Of a stretch of 64,000 nucleotides of DNA, positions 42,470-54,841 are shown piece by piece (positions within the stretch are counted from its first letter, which is position 1; every line of letters starts with the position of its first letter). The notes under the pieces are model-generated. The model was not told where the DNA came from, did no database searches, and saw nothing but the letters and a program-made list of their open reading frames with translations. Source of the DNA: an uncultured bacterium (lineage in GTDB: Bacteria; Verrucomicrobiota; Verrucomicrobiia; Limisphaerales; UBA8199). The position numbers and the translations under genes are program-made. The stretch spans positions 256,001 to 320,000 of the forward strand of contig CAVVMW010000015.1 in NCBI GenBank assembly GCA_963749495.1, read 5' to 3'.

Positions 42470-42750
42470 AGCCGGCTAGGCTGGAATCCCGCCGCGATCT
42501 CCATCTGGCGTTTGATGTCGTCAGGGGCGTCCTTGTAGTTGATTGAGAGCGATTCACGCTGGGCCTGGCTCTGGTTGACGCGGGCGGCGAGTTGAGCGCC
42601 GGCCTGCTTGAGCTGGTTCACGTCCATCGTGTTTTGCTTGAGGGCCTGGGCCATTTGTTGGAGGGTGTTCATCACCTGCTGGTTGTCTTCGACCAGGAGC
42701 GCGTCATCGTCGCCCGGCTTGAGTTCGAGCTTGAGATGGACCTCTGCATC
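42470..42750 (-). pseudogene. Possible phage portal protein C-terminal fragment
   Basis: Gln-rich helix ending ESLSINYKDAPDDIKRQMEIAAGFQPS, resembling tails of P22-like portals (from memory). Confidence 0.4.
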
Positions 42751-43215
42751 GGTGAGATCGCGACGGACCACAACAACCCCAAACAACTCATCGACACCTA
42801 CGGGACTTTTGCGCTGCTATACAACTGGTTTCCGGCGGAGGCGCAGGAGATTCGCCAGTTCACCGAGCGGCCGCGGTCTGAGTTTTTTGCGGTGCGCCAC
42901 GCCTTTCTGGCCGAGGTGCTGGCCCGCCGCTGGTATCCTTACGAACAGACGGTCGTGATGCTCTTGCAGGCCGTGTTGGCCCGCAAACGCATCACCCGCT
43001 TTTTCGTCGGCGACATTTCCGACCTGCCCGAGGGGCGGGAATCCTTCGCCTCGGCGATGCAGCAAGTGGAGCGCACGGAACGCGTTCTCAAGGCGGTCTG
43101 GCGGGAACGCAACGCCGCTCAGCCCGGGTGGATTCAGAAGTACTATGCGCTGGCGTTGCGCTCGGAGCCGGTCCGGCGCGGTGCGTTAATCGTGCTGGAG
43201 AACATGCTGGGATAA
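42750..43215 (+). pseudogene. 3' fragment of a hypothetical gene
   Basis: Coding-like frame ending 4 nt before the next ATG; no start. Confidence 0.5.
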
Positions 43216-43219
43216 CGCC

Positions 43220-43504
43220 ATGAACCGGATGTTGTACCACCAAAACCTGCGGCCGGTTAATTTCGTGTGCCGCGCAACTCAGGCGCAATCGGTCAGTCTG
43301 GTGGGGGACTTCAACCAATGGAACCCAACGGCCCATCCCATGAAACAGATGCCGGACCGTTCCTGGCTGCTCAACGTGGAGCTGAAGCACGGCCATCACC
43401 GCTATGCTTTCCTGGTGGACGGCGTTTTGTCTCTCGATCCGCATGCGCAAGGGATCACCCGCAACGACAAGGGCGAGAGGGTTTCCCTGGTGCCCGTCAG
43501 TTAG
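43220..43504 (+). CDS. CBM48 / isoamylase early-set domain protein
   Basis: VSLVGDFNQWNP..PMK..YAFLVDG...DP. Confidence 0.85.
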   Translation: MNRMLYHQNLRPVNFVCRATQAQSVSLVGDFNQWNPTAHPMKQMPDRSWLLNVELKHGHHRYAFLVDGVLSLDPHAQGITRNDKGERVSLVPVS

Positions 43505-43979
43505 CGGAGCTCGCCAGGTCAGGAGTCATCCCTGAGACCTTCTCCCAGGTCACGCGCTCGCGTCTCCACCGCCCGCATCACTGTGGCCCAGGTCCGAACG
43601 TAGTTACCGGCATGGTAGTTATTTCGCCACTGCCGCCTCCGGCAGCACATCGAGCCTTGGCCGAGCCTCATCTTTCGACACTCTGCCTCGAAGATGACGT
43701 GCTGGTCCGAGCCGTAAGCTCGGCCCCGGAGAAAACGCTCCCCATCTGGTCGCTGATTGGCCAAGCGGTAGCCCAACGAAACCTGCACGACCGGGCCGAG
43801 CGCCGCCGGGTCACGGCCAGCCTGCTGAGCAGGATGCGGAGTCTGCTCCGGCAGGGCGTGCTGGTCCGCGATGGCAGCAGGCACGTCCGGCTCAACGCCA
43901 TGCCGGAGCCCCGGCCCGCCGAGCCGCCCTGTCGGGTCCAAAACCTGCCTCCAGCGGTGAGGGCAACTGTAATCGGGGT

Positions 43980-44141
43980 GGCCTGGTTCTCGCCCAGCGA
44001 CCCCAGGAAGATGATGCCGGAGACGCCGGAGGCGAGCAGCGCCTCGGCGCGCCGGCCGGTGGCCTCCAGGTCAAGGGACTGGTCTGCCTGGAGTTGGGTC
44101 GTAATCGCGGGGAACACGCCGCCCCAGCAGGGATTCTTCAT
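43980..44141 (-). pseudogene. Dihydrodipicolinate synthase family N-terminal fragment
   Basis: WGGVFPAITT..LDLEAT..GVSGIIFLGSLGE, then truncation. Confidence 0.75.
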
Positions 44142-44366
44142 CTTGCCACGGAACCTACTACAGGGAAGGGCGGCTGTCTTGGCTGGAAATGACAGGACTT
44201 CCCGGTCGAGGTGTCATTTTGAGCCAAGTTAAGCTGGCCTTCAATCGCACAAGATGGTAGGGTCAATACGATCCGGGTTAGACAGGCCTTGCGCGCCGGT
44301 CTTTTTGGTTTGAAGTATCTCTGAACGCAGGCCGCTGATGCCCGGCAAACCTCGACAAGTCAACTT

Positions 44367-47300
44367 ATGAAGAACACACGGAACCTGAGGGCGCTGGCCG
44401 GCGCATTCCTGGTCCTGGCCCTGGGCCTCTCCATCCAGGCGGGCTCGATCACCAACAACTTCGATGTCTCCCACGACTACCTCGCCGACGGCATCCTCGG
44501 TGACACAAACTGGGATGGCGTTTATCTCGGCTTCGGGGACGTACCGGGCGGGAACGACGGCGGGGATGGCGCGGGAGCCACCCTGGCGGCCAATGCCAAC
44601 CTGGGCTTCCCCGGCTTCCTCACCGTCCAGTCCACCGCCACGAGCTGGGCGGGCAATGGCGACGACGGGTTCTTTTTGTACAAGATGGTCGCGGGTGATT
44701 TTGATGTTTCGGTGAAGAACAGCCCTCCGTTTGACCCTCAGAATTACACCTTTTCGGGGCTTCTGGTCCGCGCCGCCGATTACCCCTCGGGCGGCCCGTT
44801 CAATCCCACCGGGACCAATGCCGCCGAAAACTGGATGAACATCACCCGGTTCCAGGAGTTTGGCATCGGCGATTCGGTCCGCTTTGCGACCAATGGCGCC
44901 GACACGGAGATCGACTATCCCGGAGACAACAGCGACACCAACAGCGCGCGCTATCTCAGGATCACTAGGACCGGGGATACTTTCACCTTCTACGACAAGA
45001 CCAACCAAAGCGATGGCTGGAGCCTCAAGACCAACTTCACGCGCGGCGACCTGAGCGGGGTGCCGATGCAGGTGGGGATTCAGCAGGCGGTGTTCACCGC
45101 CAACTCCCCGGCCGTGTACTTCACCGACTTCGAGCTGAGCGGCCCCAACGTTGGCGTGGGCACGCCGCCCGCCCCGCCTTCGGGGCTGACGTTTTCGGCC
45201 CCAAACCCCGGCGGCTCGATGACTCTGTCGTGGGCGCCCGGGACGGGCAGCGCCGGCAGCCTGGTCGTGATGCGGGCGAACAAGCCCATCACGGGGCAGC
45301 CTGCCTACGGGTTTGCGTATGCGGGCGACACCAACTTCGGGACGGCCCGCTTCCTTGGCTCTGCCGGCAACCACATCGTGTATGTCGGCACGGGGAGCAG
45401 CGTGACCGTGAGCGGCCTGGGCGGCAGCAACAACACCTACTCTGCCGCCGTTTTCTCCTTCGCCGGCTGGGCTCCTCGACGGTTTACAACACGGCCAGCC
45501 CGGCCACCAACAGCGCCGTCGGTCCAGGTACGCTCGCGGGGGTGAGCTTCACCCTGTCCCCGACCAACATCCCAGCGGGCGGGCTCGCGGCCGCGAAGCT
45601 CGTTGCCACTTACAGCAGCGGCGATTCCTACGACGTGAGCGCCGATCCGACCACCGTCTGGACCTCGAGCGACCCCACGGTCATCCTCGCCGGACCGGGG
45701 GTGCTGACCGGGGTCATCAACGGCTCAGCCACCATCACCGCCACCTATGCCGGCGTCCGCGGCAGCCAGCTCGTCTCCGTCCATGCCCCCGCCTACACGG
45801 ACAATTTCGGCTCCAGCTACGACTACGCCGCCAGCGGCGTCGCCGGCTCGACGTGGGATGGAGTGTACCTGCGCTTTGGCGATTTGCCCGGCGGCAATAA
45901 CGGAGGTGACGGCAACGGGAGCACCACGGTCGCCAACGCAAACATCGCCAGCAACAACGTCCTCACCATCACAGCCAAGGCGACGTCCTGGGCGGGCGCG
46001 GGCGACGACGGCTTCTTCCTGTTCAAGGTCGTGCCAGGTGATTTCCAGGTGGCCGTCCACATGAACTCCCTGCAAAAGGTGGGATACCAGTTCGCCGGCC
46101 TCATGGCCCGCGCCGCCGGCCCGGATGGCGCGCCCTTCGGCGGTTCGGAGAAACTGGGTGGACTGGGCCGAGTTCGAAGAATTCAACGACTCCACCGAGG
46201 CGCGCACTGCCGTTGCCGGCGTTGACACCGAATACCCGACGTTTGACGGCGCCACCTCGGATTTCTGGCTCCTGATGACCCGGGAAAACGGGACCAACTT
46301 CAACTTCTACAGGCGGGTCAGCGCGACGGACCCCTGGGAGGCACAGCCGATGGGGACGCTGGTCCATGCGGCGCTGACCAACGGGCTGCCGCTGCAGGTC
46401 GGCCTATGTGAAGCGATGTTCACGGGCGCTCTTGGCACCGCGGGTTTCGACAGCTTCATGCTCGACGCCACCAACATCGCGGGCGGCGCGCCGCCCTCCG
46501 CAGCCTCCGGCTTGACCCTGGCGCTCAACCCCGACAACGTCTCCATGAACTTGACCTGGGCCCCGGGGACCAACAGCGACGGCAGCCAGGCCACCAGCAT
46601 GGTGATCCTGCGGGCGGGCGCGCCGGTGTCCGAGCAACCTTACTTCGGCTTCCTCTCCACGGCCGACGCCCGTTTTGGGTTCGGGACCGACCTGGGCAGC
46701 GGCAACTACGTGGTCTATCGCGCGGTGGGCACCAACGTGACGGTGACCGGCCTCACGCCGGGGACCGTCTATTATGCCGCCGTTTACTCGTATTCCGGTT
46801 CGGGCAGCACCAAGGTGTTCAATCAGCAGACCCTGGCGGTGGGCAGCCTGGCCGCCGGCACCCTGGCGGGCATCACTACGACGCTGCCGGGCAATGGGAT
46901 TCCCATGGGCGGCATTGGTTTGCCCGTGGTGCACGCCCTTTACAGCGGCGGCGGCGGCGGGGACATCAGCAGCCTGGCCACGCTGGTTTCCAGCGACCCG
47001 AACGTGATCGTCGCCAATAACGGCGTGCTGACCGGGCTGACGAATGGCTCAGCCACAATTACCGCCACCTACCAGAACTTCACCAACACCTTCGTCGCGA
47101 GGGTGCGGCCGCCCGGATTCACCGACGACTTTGCCGTCAGCCATGATTACCTGGCCGGCGGCGTGGGCGGCACGGCATGGGACGGGGTTTACGAGCACCC
47201 GGGCGACATTCCCGGGACCGCGTTCGTGTCGGACCCGCTTGCGGCCGTGAGCGTGGCAGACGCCAATATCTCGAGCAACGGCGTGCTGACCGTGACCAGC

Positions 47301-48027
47301 GAGAACGTCGGCTGGGAGTTTGGCCAGAACGATGGCTTTTTCCTCTTCAAATATGTTCCGGGGGACTTCCAGGCGGCCGTCCATCTCAACTCCTTTGAAC
47401 GTCATCGGCTACGACAACCCCGGTCTCATGGCCCGCGCCTACGGGATCGACGCCCGCGGAGATGTGGGGACGGCTTTCGACAGTGGGACCAACGAAGCCT
47501 GGGTCTCCTGGACCCGCTTCGACGAGTTCGCCATCGGCACCTACGCCCGCCTGACCCTCCCGGTCAACAACACCACCCGGAGCACGCAGCCGGATCCTGG
47601 GGACGCCAACTACTGGCTCCTCATCGCCAGGCAGAATGGGACCAATTTCTCGTTCTACCAGAGGCTCAACGCGACCGACCCATGGACGCCGTGTCCCGAA
47701 GGAACGACCTATTCGGTGGCGCCTTTCGCGGGCGTGCCCATGCAGGTCGGCCTCTCGGCGGGAGGATTCGACAGCGGCGCCAGTGTGACCGTGCGGTTTG
47801 ACGGCTTCATGCTCGACGCAACCTCGGAATCGCTGCTGGTCAGCGCCTCCCTCGACGCCATCGTCCTGCGCTGGCTGCCGGCGGCCGGCGTGTCGCTGCA
47901 ATCCACGCTGCGCCTCAACCCGCCAAACTGGCAACCCGTCCCCACCCAACCGGTCCTCTTCGGGTTATACAATACCGTCACGTTGCCGATGACCAACGCA
48001 ACCTCCTTCTTCCGGCTGGTCCATTAG
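44367..48027 (+). CDS. Giant secreted protein with three concanavalin-like repeats and Ig-like linkers (frameshifts near 45470, 46150, 47398)
   Basis: Signal peptide; three copies of T.[ND]F..S.DY...G.....WDGVY...[DN]DGFFL[YF]K.V.GDF; ends ...TSFFRLVH. Confidence 0.8.
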
Positions 48028-48151
48028 GAGCGCGATGAAAGGGACCTTTCCATGTGGGATCGCCAGGCCGGGGACGGACGCCGCCGGGCACCCCGGCCCC
48101 GGCCCCGATCGCGGAAGGCAAGAACTTGAGTATGACAGGCAAAGGTTTTCT

Positions 48152-48934
48152 ATGAGAGCAGGTCCCTTAAATCTGCAAGACGCGTCGGGCTCGCGCCCCC
48201 GGCCGGCCTTCACCTTGATCGAATTGCTCGTGGTCATCGCGATCATTGCCATCCTGGCGGCCCTGCTCCTGCCGGCCCTGGCCCAGGCCAAGGAGAGAGC
48301 CAAGCGCACGCAGTGCAAGAATAACCAGAGGCAATTCACCCTCGCCCTGCTCATGTACGGCAACGACAATAAAGACCGTTTGCCGGCCCACGACCAGACG
48401 CAGATGGGGTCGCAGGGCTACTGGGTATGGGACCTCCCGTGGGACGTGGGCACGACGATGGTCCGCAGCGGCACCGAATACAAGACCTATTATTGCCCGG
48501 GAACCGCGCCCAGGTTCACCGAGGCCGACTGGCTGGCTCTTTGGAACTATGCCTCCAACAGCTACCACGTGCTCGGCTACGCGATGACCCTGCCCAACAC
48601 GGCGGCGCTGGCTGCTTCCAACCAGAACACCAGGATCTACCCCCAACCCATTCAGATCGGCCCATTATCTGTGACGCCGGCCATCAGCGAGCGTGTGCTC
48701 ATCGCCGATGCGACACTCTCGCTCCCCGGCGAGGACATCCCGAGCCGGCGCTTCACCTACAATTTCACGTCCGTGCCGGGCGGCTATTCCAAGCCCCACA
48801 CCAGCCCGCACCTCAAGGGCTTGATCCCCGCCGGCGGAAACCAGGGAATGCTCGACGGCCACGTCGAGTGGCGCAAATTCGAATTGTTCAACGTCCGGAC
48901 CCTGGCCTCGGGGGACCCAACCTTCTGGTGGTAG
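48152..48934 (+). CDS. Prepilin-type N-methylation domain protein (PVC H-X9-DG-like family)
   Basis: [32 protein letters not shown] and C-terminal H...GGN....DGHVEW. Confidence 0.9.
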   Translation: MRAGPLNLQDASGSRPRPAFTLIELLVVIAIIAILAALLLPALAQAKERAKRTQCKNNQRQFTLALLMYGNDNKDRLPAHDQTQMGSQGYWVWDLPWDVGTTMVRSGTEYKTYYCPGTAPRFTEADWLALWNYASNSYHVLGYAMTLPNTAALAASNQNTRIYPQPIQIGPLSVTPAISERVLIADATLSLPGEDIPSRRFTYNFTSVPGGYSKPHTSPHLKGLIPAGGNQGMLDGHVEWRKFELFNVRTLASGDPTFWW

Positions 48935-49009
48935 CCGCGTAAGGTCAAAAAGCCCATCCAAGCCGCTCCCGGTGCAATTTTTTCGCCCTGGTCTTCGACT
49001 ACCTCCACC

Positions 49010-49400
49010 GATACGCACGTGATCGTCCGTGCAGACGGAGCAGAGCCGGCCGCTTGGCTAAGCGGTGAGACCTCGCCGGATTGCCCGGCCGCGCTGACGC
49101 ATCAGTATGGCCTGGGCCGGGTGGCGTACCTGCCCGGGCGATTCGACTCGACTCAATGTTACGAATTGACCCCGGCAATCGAGCGGCTGATGGCGAGTGC
49201 CCTGCGCTATGTCGCACCCGCCGGGCTGCCGGTCGAGGTCCAGGCGCCGGGTGTCATAGGGGTGCCCGCTCTTTCGCCAGCCCAGGCGCCTGGCGCTCCA
49301 CCTCATGAACTACCAACGCGACAGCCGCTTCGGTTCCGACCGTTGCGATCCGATCCCCCAGGTAAGCTTGCGCGCACGGCTGCCAGGCATGGTCAAGGTA
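49010..49400 (+). pseudogene. Beta-galactosidase trimerisation-like domain fragment
   Basis: PAALTHQYGLGRVAYLPG..PVEVQAP..LHLMNY, with a frameshift. Confidence 0.45.
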
Positions 49401-49404
49401 AGGC

Positions 49405-50242
49405 ATGAACAGCTATTCCAAGATCCTGGCCTGCGCATTGATCTTTTTTGCTCAATCAGGGTCCGGCGCCGGGGTGGGGATAGAATCCTCAGGAGCGGCT
49501 CGCGGCATGTACTTTTCCAAGAAGAGCTACCCACCGGCGCCGCTGCCCCGGTTTGCCGAGCTGCGCGACCGGCTGCCGTCGCCCGTTTTTGGGGAAAGGC
49601 CCGAGTGGGTATCCATGTACTGGAAAAGCTGGGAACTGGCATTCAAGAACTTCCATGAGCCGGCTGCGGGCAGCGGCTATGTTTCCCAGTTTATCGATGC
49701 CGCGTTCAACCAGAACACCTTTTTGTGGGACACATGTTTCATGGGTTTATGAGCCGCTGGTGCGCTACTACCGCGCGCTCCAAAAGTATCTGCGCCAGGG
49801 CAGCGGGCTTTATGTGACCGACTGGGCGAGCATGGACAACTCGCCTCGGAACGCGTTCCTGAAGGGCGGCGGCTGCGCCATTGACACGTCCAGCCAGATG
49901 GCGCTCTTTGGGCGGAACCTCGCCACCATTGCCGAGTCCTTGGGCAAGGCGCCCGAGGCCGCCGGATTTGCGCGCGAAGCCGACGATTTGGGCGCGGCGA
50001 TCAATGCCCTGATGTGGGAGGTGGCTTCGGCGAAACCGCTGGGTGTCGAACGGTTCCGATTCAACGGGCACGTGGTTCCGCTCAAGGCAGAACCCGCAGG
50101 CGGCGATAGGCCGTCGCTGAAGTTGTCGGTCTCCTCGGATGGGCCTTTCAAGCTCCTGGTCCGGCATGGTGGGAGGGAGGAAACCTACGCTGTTGCCGAG
50201 GGACAAAACGCGTTTTCCTTTCCGCCGCTGAAGCGGACGTAA
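49405..50242 (+). pseudogene. GH63/trehalase-like (MGH1) hydrolase with internal deletions
   Basis: Signal peptide, FLWDTCFM, ASMDNSPR and AAINALMW, in far too short a span. Confidence 0.65.
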
Positions 50243-50334
50243 AACGATGTTTATGTATTGTCCACCATGTTGAAAGAGAATTGATGCCAGATGTGCTGGC
50301 CTTCATGAAAGCGTTTGGGAAAGAATGGCGCTGT

Positions 50335-50646
50335 ATGGCTTTAAGAAACGCCAGACTCACTTGCGCGGCACCGCTCCTCACCATCGTGCTGGGGCTGGCA
50401 GGTTATCCGTGCCTCTCTCTGGCAGCCCCCGACGCGGAGGAACTCCTTCTCTGCGGGCACAAGGAGGTCTTTGCCCTGGACCTCGAGGGAGGCGGAAAGA
50501 AGGTGTGGAGCTGGTGGTCGTCCCGCGTTTTGTTCCTCGGGCCGGAGGGCGAGATCCAACGTCCTGGCGAGCGTCTCTACAAGGCACGATGGAACGTCCC
50601 TACACTCCCGCTTCATGGTTCTAAGCCGGGACAAACCACCAGATAG
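50335..50646 (+). pseudogene. Internally deleted secreted protein remnant
   Basis: Signal peptide plus KVWSW joined directly to a C-terminal-like WSSRV..LYKARW. Confidence 0.4.
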
Positions 50647-50720
50647 TGCTCCCGGTCAGGGCTGGACTGAAACCGCGCCCAGCAGAGGTGCGTCATGCAA
50701 AGGCAGTCGCAGCCTTTCGG

Positions 50721-51749
50721 TCATGGTTCGGAGACAGCGTCCTGGGGTCTGTCCAGACGCCACAGCCCGGCAGCGGACGCCTGTTCGGTGGCCTGCCGGA
50801 ACTCGGAGCCAAAGAGCCGCCGGCTGATCGCGCTGAACTGTGGCTCCCTTTCGGCTTTGTGGGCTGGACAGTATTGGTCCATCAGATTCACATAGGTGTC
50901 GGGCGAGAGCTCGTTCCCCAGCCAATGGAGAATGGACCGCGTGTCCGCGAGCAGGCCAGGCATGACCAGATGCCTGACGAGCAGGCCACGCAATGCGAGC
51001 CCATCCTCGTCCACTTGCAGAACCCCGACTTGCTCGTGCATGGCTTTGATGGCGTGACGCGCGGCTTCGGGATAGTCCCGGGCCCGGAGGTACTTGGCGC
51101 AGGATTGCGGGTCCCACAGCTTGAAGTCGGGCATGTAGAGGTCCACCACGCCGTCCATCAACCGGATGCTCTGGACGCTATCGTAGGCGCCCGTGTTATA
51201 GACCAGCGGCAGCCGCAACCCCCTGGGAATAGCGATCAGCAGTGCTTCCAGGATCTGCGGCACGACGTGCTCCGGTGTGACAAAATTGATATTGTGGCAA
51301 CCCGCCTCTTGCAAGCGCAACATCACGGCCGCCAACTGGTCGGCGTTCTGCTCCTGCCCCTCGCCAAGCTGGCTGGTCTCATAATTCTGGCAGAAAACAC
51401 ACCCGAGATTGCAGCCGGCAAAGAAAATCGTTCCCGATCCCCTCCAGCCGCGCAGGCAGCGCTCTTCCCCGAAGTGGGGAAACGCGCTGGCGACCCGCGC
51501 GTAGCGGCCGGTCTTGCAGACGCCGGCTTTGTCGTCCCAGCGGCTCACGCGGCAATCTCGCGGGCAGACCCGGCAAGGATGGAGCAATTCCTGGGCGGCC
51601 GTGGCTCTCTCGGTGAGCTGCCCGGATTCGTAGGCTTTCAGATAAGCGGGAACAAAGTCACGCCGCGCACGCACGAAGCGGTCGCCGCCACCCAGCGCCC
51701 TCGAAGGACGGTGGCGCGCGTGGGTCTGGGTTTGGGAGATTTCACCCAT
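50721..51749 (-). CDS. Radical SAM protein, PflX family
   Basis: CRVCPRDC, HFGEE, GSGTIFFAGCNLGCVFCQN, HNINFVTP and LLVRHLVMP. Confidence 0.92.
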   Translation of the reverse strand: MGEISQTQTHARHRPSRALGGGDRFVRARRDFVPAYLKAYESGQLTERATAAQELLHPCRVCPRDCRVSRWDDKAGVCKTGRYARVASAFPHFGEERCLRGWRGSGTIFFAGCNLGCVFCQNYETSQLGEGQEQNADQLAAVMLRLQEAGCHNINFVTPEHVVPQILEALLIAIPRGLRLPLVYNTGAYDSVQSIRLMDGVVDLYMPDFKLWDPQSCAKYLRARDYPEAARHAIKAMHEQVGVLQVDEDGLALRGLLVRHLVMPGLLADTRSILHWLGNELSPDTYVNLMDQYCPAHKAEREPQFSAISRRLFGSEFRQATEQASAAGLWRLDRPQDAVSEP

Positions 51750-51896
51750 TGCAGGGCCTTTTCTGCCATCATCGTAACACCCAAGGCAAGCCCGATCCTG
51801 CACGGGGCGGCGCCTCAGGTTTCGTGGTTTTCCTCCGGCTGGCGATTTGCTATCTTGACCACAACAGCTCTCAATTCAACCCGAACCCTGATCGCC

Positions 51897-52893
51897 ATGC
51901 CGGGCAAACCTGACACCGGAGTATGAGAAAGCCGAGTTGCGGTATCGGCAGGCGGCGACTGACCAGGAGCGCGTGGCGGCCTTGCAAGAAATGCTCGCCG
52001 CCATTCCCAAACACAAGGGCACCGAGAAGATGCAGGCCGACCTCAAGCGCCGCCTGAGCCAACTGCGGAAGGCCGATCAGCAAGCCCGCCACAGCAAAGG
52101 ACCCGACCCCTTTCATATTCCCAAGAGCGGCGCCGGACAGGTCGTGATCATTGGGCCGCCCAACACCGGAAAGAGCAGCCTGTTGGCCGTCACCACCCAG
52201 GCGAGTCCGAAAGTTGCGGATTACCCTTTTGCTACGGCCGTGCCGTTGCCGGGCATGTGGCATCAGGACGACGTGCAGATCGAGTTGGTGGATACGCCCC
52301 CGCTTACCCCTGAGCATGTTCCACCTGGTTTGCTGGGGACGATTCGGGGCGCCGACGTGGTCGGTGTCATGGTGGAGGCGGGTGAGGCGGCGCTCGACCA
52401 GGTGGAGATAGTGCTGGAGATTCTCAAAGCGCGAGGGTTGGTGCTGCACTCATTGCCGCGGAACCGCCTGCCTCCGGGGGATGCTGCTCAGCGCCCCGGG
52501 CTCATCATCGCGAATAAAGCCGACGCCGCCACCCCGCAGGCCATCGAGACACTGCGGAGCCTTTACGGCCCCTCTGGAAGCGATGCCCGCCTGGAAGTGG
52601 TGGCGATCAGCACCCGGTTGCGGCAGGGATTGGCGGAACTCTTCGTCCGGCTCTGGGAACTGCTGGGCGCGATCCGCGTGTACACGAAACAGCCCGGCCT
52701 GCCGCCCGACCTCCACAAGCCATTCGTTGTCCCGCTCGGCGCCACGGTTGCGGATCTGGCTCTCCAGATTCATCGCGATTTGCCTGAACGGATGAAATTC
52801 GCCCGGCTGTGGGGACACAGCCGATTCGAAGGCCAACAAGTCCACAAAACCGAAATCCTGCGGGACCGGGATGTGGTGGAGATCCACGAGTGA
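51897..52893 (+). CDS. DRG/OBG-family GTPase with TGS domain (frameshift just after the start)
   Basis: MP/ANLTPEY start, PKHKGTEK, GPPNTGKS, YPFAT, DTP, NKAD and TGS IRVYTK..DVVEIH. Confidence 0.9.
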
Positions 52894-52959
52894 ACCGATT
52901 CCGGGGTTCGAGTTGTTCGCGGATGAAGGGGTGGGCGCGGAGCACGGACGCGTCGCGTT

Positions 52960-53258
52960 CAATGCTGGCGGCGGGCCTTGGGATGAGCAAGTCGCAAATC
53001 GTGGCAAATTACTTGGGGCCGGCCGACAGCAGATACGGCTTTCCATGGATCATGCGCCAGCGTCCGTGTCCTTTCCTGAAGGACAACCGCTGCACGGTGC
53101 ACGACCATCGTCCCGCCAGTTGTCGCGACTATCCTTACCTGGACAAGCCGGATTTTACCTCACGCACCCTGCGCATGGTTGATCGTATTTCCGAGTGCCC
53201 GGCCGTGCTCGAAGTTTGGGAAGAACTGAAGCAAGCAACTGGTTTTCGGCGCTGGTAA
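52960..53258 (+). pseudogene. YkgJ-family cysteine-cluster protein, C-terminal part
   Basis: PCPFLKDNRCTVHDHRPASCRDYP; N-terminal Cys motif absent. Confidence 0.65.
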
Positions 53259-53320
53259 CGCTCCACCGTCGCTCCTCACTCTCCAGGAACCCCGTTTCGA
53301 TTCGCTCTTCTCGGAGATCG

Positions 53321-53526
53321 AACAGCCAAGGCAAAGCGCGATCGAGCAAACGCGCGGCTCTCAGCGCCGGGGAACCCGGTCCGGCACCAGACCGCGGAGC
53401 GGTTTGTCGCGCGGCTGATCCTCTGGGTTGTAGGGCTGGTTCCAGTCGTGCTTCAATTGGCCGGGTTCCTGAAGGACCAGCAACCCTTCGAGGTTGCCCG
53501 AGACGCGGCCAATGATGCTGACGCCG
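53321..53526. repeat. ~205-bp direct repeat, copy 1 (gene 3' end plus downstream sequence)
   Basis: Aligns with 54964-55168; the minus strand encodes SIIGRVSGNLEGLLVLQEPGQ...VPRR*. Confidence 0.85.
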
Positions 53527-53583
53527 ATCAACTGTTCCATCGAGCGATTTGAAGGCGTGTCCCTCCCCAAGGGCGTCCCCCCT

Positions 53584-53988
53584 TCATGGGTAACGGTCGA
53601 CTCGGTGGAGTTCTGCCCGTACGCGAACGCGCCGGGGGTCGTTGAAGCGGAGCAACTCGACCGTGGCGCGGCCAACCGCTGTACGCCCAATGATGCGAGC
53701 GCCATTAAGGAGGAAATGCTTGGTCCATTTGTCGCGCCGTGGATGGAAAAGCGGAACCACCCGCCCCGTCTCGGGGTCCACCGATGAGATATTGGGACCC
53801 TTCCGGCGATTGCAGTCGAAACAGGCCAGCGCCAAGTTGTCGGGCGCAGTTGCGCCGCGATGCTGCACGGCAATGATATGGTCGGGCTCGTGAAGCGCTA
53901 CAAAGACCTCGCCGATGAGACAGTATTCACAGCGATTTCGAGCACACTCGCGCACCAAGCCGCGCAGGATGTCCGGAATTTGGCTCAC
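53584..53988 (-). CDS. HNH endonuclease
   Basis: RCEYC, DHII, NLALACFDCNRRKG and LFHPRRDKW. Confidence 0.9.
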   Translation of the reverse strand: MSQIPDILRGLVRECARNRCEYCLIGEVFVALHEPDHIIAVQHRGATAPDNLALACFDCNRRKGPNISSVDPETGRVVPLFHPRRDKWTKHFLLNGARIIGRTAVGRATVELLRFNDPRRVRVRAELHRVDRYP

Positions 53989-54326
53989 GAGGCCGCGGAC
54001 ACATGTTGCCAGGCGCGCGCCTTGATGAGGGCGAACAGGTGGTTTGCAGACTCGATCCCGTCCAGTTCCGCCTCCTCCTCGGGTGTGAGCGTGCCGGTGC
54101 GATTCTTGTCCAGCAGTTCCCGCACGCGCTGCTGTGATTTCTCCGAGCCATGAAAGGCCACGATCTCCTCAGGCTGAGGACCCTTGCCCAGGAATTCCGT
54201 CACCTCCTCCAGAAAAGCAAGGTTCGGCATCTGCTGCAGAAGCCGAGTGATCAGCTTTTCCAGTCCCTCACGGCCCAGTCCCAACCGTCGCGCCTGCTCA
54301 TCGGAAACCACAATGGTCAATTGCAT
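53985..54326 (-). CDS. Small antitoxin-like protein coupled to the HNH gene
   Basis: 113 aa; RVRELLDKNRTGTLTPEEEAELD; ends in a GTGA overlap with the HNH start. Confidence 0.7.
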   Translation of the reverse strand: MQLTIVVSDEQARRLGLGREGLEKLITRLLQQMPNLAFLEEVTEFLGKGPQPEEIVAFHGSEKSQQRVRELLDKNRTGTLTPEEEAELDGIESANHLFALIKARAWQHVSAAS

Positions 54327-54679
54327 GAGAATAGTCTATTGCTGGGGCCCCCAGTTGGTCAACCCTCCGAAACGGCGAAGCGCTTGGAACACTGGATCTC
54401 GAGGACCGGAACAATCGGGGCCCCAATTAGCCGCTGGTCGTGCGGTTTACAGTGCCTGCCGCGGGCGCCTGTGCGAGCACTGGCAGCTTTTGGGCTGATT
54501 GGGTTGATCCCACCTATCACAGCGAGACGGATGCTCAAGTATCTCACAGCAATCATCAGCGCATCACGGAATCTCCATTTCAAGAAAGTCCCAGATTGAC
54601 CCCTTCTTCGTTCCCGACCTCGGCGCCACCGCCGCGCTGCTTGGCCCGGCCCGGGGCTCCCGGCCGAGTAAACGATCAC

Positions 54680-54841
54680 CTCGGACCCTGGAACCAGGTG
54701 ACCGTCCCGGAGCCTGGCTTTCTGTTCGACTTGGCCGCCGATCCGCGGGAAAGCCGCGACCTCGGCACCGTTCGCCCGGATAAAGTCACGGAACTTCGCG
54801 CGCTCCTGGCCCGGGCCCGCGATTTCGGCCGGACGCCCTGA
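54680..54841 (+). pseudogene. Sulfatase C-terminal fragment
   Basis: LFDLAADPRESRDL...PDKVTELRALL. Confidence 0.65.

Noticed and set aside
41650..42786. 378-aa ORF as a single protein
   Set aside because: It is a read-through of an unrelated fragment into the HEAT gene; paralog comparison puts the start at 42390.
17526..52893. Programmed frameshifting or phase variation in the many split genes
   Set aside because: Single-base indels are scattered in short runs with no common slippery motif and also hit a housekeeping-type GTPase. Sequencing error is the simpler explanation.
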